From Ginglymostoma cirratum (taxonomy: Eukaryota): 64,000 nucleotides of DNA. The notes beneath the pieces were generated by a model. That model was not told where the DNA came from and did no database searches. It saw nothing but the letters and a program-made list of their open reading frames with translations. Below are positions 51,781-61,700 of the stretch, in pieces (the stretch's first letter is position 1; each line of letters opens with the position of its first letter). The stretch spans positions 6,693,887-6,757,886 of the forward strand of contig JAHRHZ010000038.1 in the NCBI GenBank assembly GCA_024137785.1, written 5' to 3'. Position numbers and translations under genes: made by a program.

Positions 51781-52329
51781 AAGTCACAACCAAATCCTTG
51801 TCTCTGTCAGCCCATAACAACTCAAAACAAGCAGCATGTATCTGCATGAACAGGGCAAGGCAGAGAAATTGGATCTGAAAACGTTAAGCTAGATGGCCAG
51901 TAGAATCAAACATCTTTATAGAAGTCCCATCAGAAGCCTCTAAGGATATTCAAAGAAGCCAATTTTCCACTTGTCTTCACCGGAGAATAACCAAAACAAT
52001 TTATGACACTCAAAAGAAATGAAGACCCTTGACACTCTCTACAAACTATGCATCTACATGTATAATGTTTTGATGGAATTTGTAGATCATTTGGACATTC
52101 ATCAACTCTTATCCATTTCTGTTGGTGAACCCATAAAGTATTGCATAGGTGCTTAAGTGGACCTATTTTGCAATCAATGCTGCCCCAAGTGCTGAGCAGA
52201 CGACCCAATCTAGAAGGAACTTGCTGGTCTCTGATGCTGTTGTTGCATACAGGTATCAAATGTAACATATTCACCAGCATAACTAAATAAGGTGATTGCA
52301 ATGCAATGGTGGATGTAAACTGATTGCAT

Positions 52330-52810
52330 TGTGTTATATTAATGGGCTAGTAATCCAGAAAGTCCCTGTCCCAAAGTGACAGCAATATGTTTTTCCCTTT
52401 TACCCAGTCACGTGTTCCAACACCTGGGGTGCTGTTGGAAAGTCTAGCATTTATTACCTAATTACTTAAGTCTTTGAATTCAGCTAATTAAGTAAAAGGT
52501 GAGTTTGGAATAAAGCACTGGTATCAGTATTGTTGACTATGACGTTAGCAGACTATCATAAAAACTGAACTTGTTCACTGATGGTAGGAACTGCCGATGC
52601 TGGAGTATCTGAGATAACAAGGTGTAGAGCTGGATGAACACAGCAGGCCAAACAGCATCAGAGGAGCAGGAAGGCTGATGTTTCGGGTCTGGATCCTTCT
52701 TCAGAAAATGGTTCACTAATGCTCTTTATGAAGAGAAATCTGTTATCCTTTCTCAAACTAGCCCACATGTGACACAACAATTGTCATTAACTGCCCTCTG
52801 AAATGGCGTA
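52330..52810 (+). mobile_element. Probable Meta-domain SINE split by a Penelope insertion
   Basis: CTAGTAATCCAG head, GTTCACT|AATGCTCTTTATGAAGAGAAATCTG domain, and TAACTGCCCTCTGAAATGGC. Confidence 0.65.
52584..52710 (-). mobile_element. Penelope pLTR insertion with hammerhead motif
   Basis: Core at 52677-52704 (reverse complement CTGAAGAAGGATCCAGACCCGAAACATC). TSD GTTCACT(G/A)ATG at 52573-52583 and 52711-52721. Confidence 0.88.
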
Positions 52811-52899
52811 ACAGTTTGCAGCAAAGCCACAACAAAAAAGAACAATGAGAATCAAACTGGATGGAAGAGGATATAAGTGACTCACCAAGAATCACCAAA

Positions 52900-53125
52900 G
52901 TCCTCTACAATCTACATGACACAAGTCACAAATGTGATGGAAATGCTTGTACTTCCTTGGAGTACAGCTCCAATAGCATTCAAGAAATTTGAGGCATTCC
53001 AGGATAAAGCAGTCCGTTTGACTACAATGTTCTAAGGTAGCAGTTCACCACCGTCTTTGAGGGCATTTGGAGAAGGGCAACTAATGCAGGCCTTATCAGC
53101 GATGCCCACATTGCATGAATGAATT
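52900..53125 (+). mobile_element. CR1-type 3' end with internal deletion
   Basis: Matches 8230-8330 and the tail GATGCCCACATTGCATGAATGAA. Confidence 0.7.
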
Positions 53126-54159
53126 GTCAGAAGTTGTGCATCTTTATCATTCTTGACTGGTATTAAAGCTGATTTTTTTTTTGCTCTTCAGTTGGTAGTC
53201 TGGCTCCTAGGAATGGCACAATTCATATCTTGTGTCCTTGTCCAGCATGGCTTTCTAACACTTCACTGCACAGTGAGGTCAGGTTAATTTTGCGGCTTCT
53301 GGTTGACAGATTGCAAACATGATAATAGGTTTTGGTAATCCTTCTAAAGTGGCCTCAAAATCCAATGGAATTTGTGTGCCAGTGTCCTTCTCAAAGCATT
53401 ATTTTATGTGTTTTGGTGCACATTGCTGCTGAGTGAAGTATTTTATGAAGCAGTTCACAGAGTTTGTGAGGACACTTGAACAGAGTGAAGTGATTGGTGA
53501 TTTACCACAGTTTCTTAATTTATTTACATCTGACCCAGTAAAATGTTGGCTTTTAAGTCTTTAAGAGTGAAATAAGGTGGATGATGTGAAGGTTGAAGAT
53601 TATAGGCTTAGAAATTGGATTGTGCAGCACCCTTATTTAGATGGTAAGGTGCACTGAAGGGTCCAATATAATACACACACATTCCATGTTGGTAGAATGC
53701 TACATGAACCAGTTAAGGGTATATGTTTCTTTCTGATGTAAAATAGCTAAATGGGTGGAAATGACCACAAAAGGCTGAAGTTTGCAAATTACTTTACTCT
53801 AAGCGTCCTTTAATCCCAGAAGTATTCCCGAATTCACATTGTAATTGTGATACATGCTGGTCACCTGTTGTGTCCCCTCTGCTCGTCCATCACCCAATGC
53901 ACAAACCCTTCCAGACTCTCAGTGGACTCTTTGTGTAGGCACTTCTGCTGAATGACTTTCCTCCTTTTCAAGGACACTGGTGACTTCCAACAGGCTTTTT
54001 TCAAAAAGTCCTCATCTCAACAGGAATAATTTTGCGTAGTCTTGTTGCATATTAGTTTAGACATGAAGCTTCCTGCCACTGCTGGGTTCATATTTGAAAT
54101 CTGATTCAAACCGCTTTCTTAGCCATAATATCTGGTGACTTGCCATTAATTTTATGGCA

Positions 54160-54202
54160 GTGGATTCTTCCTATTTGAGGTGGATTCTTCCTATTTGAGG
54201 TG
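54160..54202. repeat. Perfect 20-bp tandem duplication
   Basis: GTGGATTCTTCCTATTTGAG twice, then GTG. Confidence 0.95.
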
Positions 54203-55674
54203 AAACCTTGCGTCGTTAAGAATTATTGCCCTTAAAGCAAGATAATTCCTATCCAAGTGCAAATTCATGAATGGATATAAGTGTGCATATATGTGCCGAC
54301 TTGATAAACAGGAAGCTTCACATGAAAAATTACATAGCTTTCAAACTTGAAAAAAAATGTTTATTGTAGAATTACATACATCAGATTAGGAAAGGCAGAA
54401 TGGAAATCTCTACATCACAATTTTTGTTGCTATTACAATAATATCTTCTTGTAACCAGCTGGTCATGTTGTATCAGTGCATCTCAACAGTAATATCTTGT
54501 TGGCAAGCAAAGAATTCCTGAGACACAGAAGCTTTAAATGGCTACTCATGTTGCTGCATGGTGTAATCCAAATGAATTTTACTCTGTCAATAGTCTGGAG
54601 GTTAACTTCCAGCAACCCTGACATCTAATCCTGTAAAGTGAATGATACTAAGGAAATTCTGAAACAAGCACAACTGCCATAGGGTAAAAAATAGAATTTC
54701 AAGCTGTATGCAAGCAGGTTTAAACTTTCTCACTGACCAGAATGCTTAAGAAGATACACTTTTGCAAGCTTTTCCCTTTGGCAAGAGAAGCTGTGACAGC
54801 TGAAATGCTGAAGGAATAAAGTTTAATGTTGTGTGGAAGGGTTTTTCTTTGGTGGTAATGCACAAAAGGTAATTGAGAGTGGCTATTCTGGTGTAATGTA
54901 CAGCTCGGGGCTGCAGGGGTTGTGTCTCCACAAAGGGTCTTCATTGTACTCCGTTTGCAGTTGCTCAGGTTACTGGCTGCATTGTTCCTGCAATTTGTTC
55001 AAACAGTGTCTTAAAGGAATCTGATAGACCGAGTCATGACACCACACTTAGGAAAGCTGTCAGCTGCCAGAAAAGAGTGATGATTTACTGGCTATGAGGA
55101 GGACCATTCATATTACTGCCTCACTCTGATTGCAGCATTGTGACTGGGAAACAAAACCAGGAAAAAGAGAGTTTTAGAAAGAGGGAAAGAAAATGATTGA
55201 CTGAATGAATGACAGGGAGAACTAGAGAAATGCAAAAAGGTAAGAATGATAGGGAAGTATTCTGTGGAACTTTGATCAGCAGAGAAATGGAAATCTATTC
55301 AATATCTTGTTCTTAGAGGGTTTTTTGGTCAGTACTATAGGATCTTTCAAGTGGCTGTATAAGAGCAAGGTACAGAAGAAAAGAATAAAATAAAATGGCC
55401 TTCAAAAATATTCAACCTTTTATTCTTTTGTATTAAAGTCTAAGGATCTTGTGAGAATTTGGGTTTGCAAAGTGATGAGGCCAAGCACTACACAATTGGG
55501 TAATCAAATAATTTATGAATTATGATCAAAATATAACTGCAGGTAACTATAAGATTTCAATTCAACCGAGTACATATTTGAATCATATGTTACAGAATAT
55601 TAATACAAGATGAATTCACGTTTTAATAACATCACAAATGTGAGATATGAATGATATTTCCACAGGTTCCAGGC

Positions 55675-55855
55675 TAAAAATACAAAAGAAAGTGCTGAAG
55701 AAACACAGCAGATCTGGTAGCATCTGTGGACAGAATTTCCACTTGACTCCGAGCATTAACTTTGTTTATGTCCCTACAGATGCTGCCAGACCTGCTGAGT
55801 TTCTCCAGCAATTTCTGTTTTTGTTTCAGATCTCCAGCATCCACAGTTCTTTTTT
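55675..55855. mobile_element. Older fold-back Penelope pLTR
   Basis: CAGCAGATCTGGTAGCATCTGTGG pairs imperfectly with CTACAGATGCTGCCAGACCTGCTG. Confidence 0.8.
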
Positions 55856-58718
55856 TTTTAAGAAAAGAACTATAACAGACGGACAACTTAACAACAGTGG
55901 TAAGAGGCTGGGTATGAGTGCTTCGCATGATGTTCATAAGGTGTGAGCTGCAATTGTCACCTTAAAATAATTATATGATTATCACAGAGTGTACCACACT
56001 TTAGTGAATGGATAAAAATTACAATATTCAGTGTGTCATGAATCATTCAAGTCCAGAGCAGCAATGGAAAAGGCTTAAAATTTTTATGCCAGCATTATTT
56101 GTGGAAAAGCTTAAAAAAAGGAAGTTGAAGAAAACAAAGGAAGGTACACATAGATAACAGAAAAAATGTAATATTGATTAGTTTTTTTTACAGGTAGCTG
56201 TGGGATGTTGACTCAAACTGAAAAGGGAATGGTTCATAGAGTTTTGTGCATTCTGATTTCTATCTTTTTCAGTGAATTGGTCATATAACCAAGGGAACAG
56301 CCTATATGTGCTATATTGAACTTCATGAATGTAAACAAAATAAAAATCAAGCACTGGGCTTCATAAAGCTGATGTTATGCATCTCACCAAAAATGAAAAA
56401 TTCTTTTAATGTGTTGCAACAGCTACATTAATCTGGGAAACTGGAGGATGATTTCCTCTGTCTGCTGTGCATTTAATGAAATCATAAACTTACTCCTAAT
56501 GAACAAGGTCATAATTTAACAACATGTTGCTCACAGATAAAATCAGTCTCCCAAAAAGTATTGGAATATGGTTTTTGTTTTTACTGTTTTGGAACTGCAA
56601 ACGTGTTGTAAATAAATGAAATATAACAGTCAGCAGTATGATAGATTGCCACAAATGAGATGACCGAATAATTCGCAAGCAACAATGTGACAAGTGGATT
56701 ACAGTTAGTCTCACAAATGAGGATATTTATCATATCACACCAACACATTCTATTTAACAACACTTTCTGTACATTTTCAGCTGGGAAATAGAAATTCATT
56801 TTAATGAGTGTTTTGGCCATTTTGATTAAGCGAAAAAAATTGTCTAGTGATCTCATTTTGTCAGTGAAATCTGAGTGTTATAGATTGCTGGAAACTGCAA
56901 ATCCCATTATTAACAGAGAGGAACCAGAAAGGACATAACAAATGACTGATACACTCACAGAGAGTGAAACAGAAGTAATCTGAGAAGGAGCCAAAAGACT
57001 AAGAAAATCAACGAGAAAGACTTGGATAGGACGCTTTGCATGTGAAACCTGACAAACAAAAGGAAAATAACCTATTGAAGGGTATAAAAGAAATTTAAAA
57101 AAGAACACAGATAAGTACTTACATTCATAAGGATTGAATCTTCCTGTTTCAGGAGTGAAAGCAGCAATACAGTCATAATGTGTGCTTGGAGTGGGATGAC
57201 CAAGGCCAGCTAGATACTCAGCCTTGGGCCTCATTAATACAAATTTGGAGACCTATTGCTGCCTCTGCATGTAGATTGCCTAATGAATGAATTAATATTT
57301 CAGCTTGCTTTGCTGGCAGCAGCCTGAAGGTAAGTCCAGGTGAATAAAGCTAGAACAATAATGGCTAGGGTGGCAATTGGTATATTGTGAAGACAGTGTA
57401 GCACTCCTACACTTTCTGGTTCATTCATAATATTTAAATTTTTAAAAATATTTTCTCTTTTGTTAATGATAACTATTTAAGAATCCTGAATGGAGCTTAC
57501 TGTGGGATATCCACTGTAACAGAGTTGGGTGAAATTGATGTTGAACTCCCCATTTACATCTGTAAGTTGCCTAATGTTGCTCTCGATGGGTAGTAGCAAT
57601 GCCTGAAAAATGGCTCAGTCTAATATTGGTTTGGGCAGCCCATGGACACAAACCTTATATGTTGCCCTTAGTTGGTACTTTTTTTTTACTGTCTTTTTTT
57701 TACTGTTTTGCTTCTATGTGCCTACCTAACATTAAAACACCTAAAGCTCTCAAAATTGTAAAGAAAGCTGTTTATTTTAAAAATACTGCAACATTTAATG
57801 GATGATTAGTTTTTTGAGTGCAGGCAGAAGACAATGAGTCTTCTGTAGCCAGTGATTTTACTGTTAATTGGTAGCAAAGCAGCCGAGAAAAATGCTATTA
57901 ATGTTCAGTAATCACTGGGCCAAGTAATAGTAATCGCTGTTTAGGGGCAATCTTATTACTATGTAACTGAGGGCCTGATTACTCTATTAGCCTCTTCTAC
58001 CCATTCTCCTAAAGCTTGCACAAAAATCAAATTATGACATGAATGACAATGTAAATCATTCGCCTCTACCATAATGGACATAAAAAATTTGCCAAAGGGT
58101 CATGCAAAGTTCACACCAGTTAATGAAAGTGGCACTGAGGTAATAGCTTCAACAGGGGGGTGCATTTGGAGCCCAGTGTCTCAGCATCTGTGCTTGTTAA
58201 GGCCTCAGCTGTCTAGTCACTTGATTGACTGCATATTCAATATCTACTCATCTTTATGTGTCATACTGCAGATTCACCAAATAATGTATCTCATAAAAGA
58301 AGGTGAATGCTTCCCCAAACCTATGGAAGAGACAGGGGAGAGATTTTAATCAGTGTCACTCTTTTGACGACAGTGTTTCTCTGAGTTGACTCTTGCAGGG
58401 CCATCGTGCACGGTGTATTAAGCAGTGAGGGAAAGATTTTTTCTCCCCCTTTCTTCTTTCAATTCAGTTTTTCATTTATTTAGTTCCTTTTGCATTTTCA
58501 TCTTTTGCCTCAGACAGGGAAGGCTTCCTCAAAGACATTGATGGCTCTAGGCAGCTTGCTGCATCCTGTTTTTAACATGACAAATTACCTCAGGAAAAGA
58601 TCCAACAAGCTTTATTCTTTGCTTCTACCACCACCACCACCCCCCCTCACCCACCACCCCACTCAATTCCTACCATAAATTTGATTTTTGATTTGTTTTC
58701 TCTCCTCCTTTGTCAAAG

Positions 58719-58771
58719 CAAGTTTCTATTACTGTTTCTTATGCTGGGTCAGAACTGAATTACCAAGCAAG
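58719..58771 (+). other. Candidate small exon (53 nt)
   Basis: Long pyrimidine tract ending TGTCAAAG, and an AAG|GTAAGG donor. Two frames are open. Confidence 0.2.
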
Positions 58772-59814
58772 GTAAGGTTTACATATTACATATAACAAGG
58801 CGAAATATCAATAAAGAGATTCTTTAAACAAATGTCACCTGCTTGTGAACACAATTTCATCATACCTCAATTAATATTCCACCGTCTGCAGTGAACTTGC
58901 AGTCCCTTTGTAATGTTAAAGAGAGAAGATGCACTTTGGTCATGCCTGAAAGAGAATCAAGCTTCCTGCTTCAGATATCAGCAGTTGGTCACCTTTTATT
59001 GTGTCAGAAAATGGTTTTGTACTCATTAGAAACAAAACAGAGCTGATTATAAAGGTGGTGCTTGATATTGACCTGTTCAGCACTGGCTTTGATATTACCC
59101 ACGTTCTTTATTTGTCATCCTGGATTCCAAAATGTGTTTTAATCCATGTAGAAAGAGATGTACAGAATTCCAAGTAAACTTTTGGGTTGTTAAAAATTAC
59201 ATTAACCAAGTCTGTTTTTAAATGAGTCATAACACTTTTGCAGATCATTGCTTTATTTTTAAAAAATGCAGTAGTTTTATTTGTTAAATATTGAAGTGGC
59301 TTGAATTCTACTGGGATACAGTTTTCATGAAAGCTAGTTTTCTGATGTGGAATGCTGCAAGAATACATATTCCAGTTTTTTTTAGTAATTATCCAAAAAT
59401 AATTCGTTGTCTGTTGCAGAACAGGGAAGACTGGGTGATCTAATGGGTGGATTTGAACTGCATGTTTCAATGTCTCTGTTTATGGACTCACAGACAGGAA
59501 TGATACAATTGAGCCTTCTTGGCACTGTACTGAGACTGACTAAAAAACAATCTGTTTAAAGAGATTGAGGAGAAATTTTTAACCTAACTCTTTCTTTAGG
59601 CAACTGACTGGATTGAGGGCATGACTGAATTTATACCCCTCCCAGTTATACTGTCCACTGAAGTCAATGGAGATAGCTGATAGTGCCACCAACAACTAAT
59701 CTAATTTAACCAGTCCAGCTCATAATGTGACTCATTTGTACATTTGAGAAGCATGATGCATTGTCTTATGGAGGGATTCAATCTCTGTAAATGAAAGGAG
59801 TATGATGAAGTTTG

Positions 59815-59898
59815 AGAGGTAGTAGGAACTGCAGATGCTGGAGAATCTGAGATACCAAGGTGTAGAGCTGGATGAACACAGCAGGCCAAGCAGCATCA
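59815..59898 (-). mobile_element. Penelope pLTR 3' fragment
   Basis: GTAGGAACTGCAGATGCTGGAGAATCTGAGATACCAAGGTGTAGAGCTGG matches the copy at 52584. Confidence 0.88.
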
Positions 59899-60317
59899 CC
59901 TTTTTTGAATTACTTGGAAGCGTAGGTTGCCTACAGTTCTCTATTTTCTTCTGCCTGTGGTAATACCTTGGCCAATTCGAGTAACTTGCCAACTAATCAG
60001 CACCTTCTCTCTTGTATAAATTATTGTGATTACCTTGACATTATAAATTGTTATGTTTGGCCTGATGAGTGCAGCACAAAATGCTTCGTCAACAATTCCT
60101 CTCTTCAGCAATATTCAGGTAAAGGTCTGGTGGGGTCAAGACCAATGACATATCTGGCCATGTGGGTTTCCTACTTGGCTATGAATTAAAATTATCCCTA
60201 TTTTATCTACCTTTGCCTGAAAGAAAGTCTTTTGAGGTCAAATATGTTTTAAAATCTTAATTTAAGTCCAACTTACTATATACTATATACTTCTGTTTGT
60301 CTACCACAGAATCATAG

Positions 60318-61165
60318 AGTTGCGAACAAAGGAGTGGTGAAGGGAATGGTCCTTGTGGAAGGCAGAGAGGGGTGGTGAGTGGAAGGTAACCACCCTAACC
60401 CCTCCTGGTACCTCTCCTGTAACCATAAAAGATGCAACACCTGCCCACACACCACCTCCCTCACCTCCATCCTGGGCCCTAAACAGTCCTTCCAGCTGAG
60501 ACAGAGCTTCACCTGCATTTCCTTCAACCTAGTCTGTTGCAACCGGTGCTCCTGATGTGGTCTTCTCTACATCAATGAGACGAAACATAGACGAGGTGAC
60601 CATTTCGTCTTGCATCTTCCCCTGGCCTGTGACGGCCAGCCTAACTTCCCGGTCACTGTCCATTTCAATTCACCGCCCCATCCCCACTCCCCATCTGACG
60701 TGTCCATCCTCAGCCTCCTCCAGTGTTGCAGTGACTCAGAACACAAATTTGAAGAACAACACCTTATCTTCTGCCTGGGCACCCTACAGCCCAGAGGATT
60801 CAACATTGAGTTCTCCAATTTCAAATAACCTTCCCACCCATCCCCTGGCTCCCTTTCCAGCCCCATCTCCTTCATTCCATTCCACTTTCTGACCCTCCCT
60901 TCCAGCCACCAACCGGATTCATCCCTTCCATCGACCAACCAGGTCATACCTACTACCATGGTCCACCTATCACCCCCATTCTACTATCCACCTCCGTGCC
61001 TCTCTTTATTTGCAGCTCCCCCTACCCCACATCCAGTCTTGAAGAAGGGTAATACCCGAACCGTTGGTTTCTCCTTTCCTCCAGATGCTGCCAGGCTTGC
61101 TGTGTTCTTCTAGCCTCTTGTTTGTCTACTTTGGATTCCAACATCTGCAGCTGTTTTGTCTCTAA
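60318..61165 (+). mobile_element. 5'-truncated Penelope-like element: Cys-rich linker, GIY-YIG endonuclease and pLTR, with short 5' inversion
   Basis: PGTSPVT/RCNTC, FTCISFNLVCCNRCS*CGLLYINETK, and EEQHLIFCLGTLQPRGFNIEF. Hammerhead-like TTGAAGAAGGGTAATACCCGAACCGTT at 61039-61065. 60318-60386 is an inverted upstream piece. Confidence 0.92.
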
Positions 61166-61229
61166 CTATGATTCTGTGATTTTATTTGTCCAACATGCAT
61201 GTGTATGTGTTACATTAAGTAATTAAAGA

Positions 61230-61352
61230 TATATGAGGGAGATATGCCAAGAGCAGGCAGGTGGGTCTAGTTTAGTTTGGGATTATGGTTGGCATGGATG
61301 GTTGGACCAAAGGGTCTGTTTCCATCCTGTCTGACTATGACTCTGTGACTGT
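61230..61352 (+). mobile_element. CR1 3' UTR tail
   Basis: GGTTGGCATGGATGGTTGGACCAAAGGGTCTGTTTCC...CTATGACTCTGTGACT, homologous to the ends of the CR1 copies at 6350 and 44420. Confidence 0.8.
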
Positions 61353-61564
61353 GTATATGGCATCACACAACTATTACTGTTGTCAGTTTGACACAGATGT
61401 AGCATTTGTGCCTCAAAGGATCTTATATTCAAACTTCATTCCAAGAATTGAGTCTATAATGAGGCTAAGACTTTAATACAGTATTCAGTGAGTATGCATT
61501 GTCAGACTTCCCATCTTCTACATTACAATATAAATTTGTGGCTCGGCCTTCTTGATCAGTTAAA

Positions 61565-61700
61565 TTTAAAAGACTCCATAGCACTCTTTGAAAAAGAGCA
61601 GAAGAGCTTTCCCAGTTTAGTCAATAACATTCAGCCCTTGACTGTTTCACTGGATATTTATATTATTTTCTATTAGTGAGACCCTGTTGTAATTAATTGG
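61565..61700 (+). mobile_element. Deu-domain SINE fragment
   Basis: AAAGACTCCATAGCACTCTTTGAAAAAGAGCAGAAGAGCTTTCCCAG resembles 24190-24265. Confidence 0.5.
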
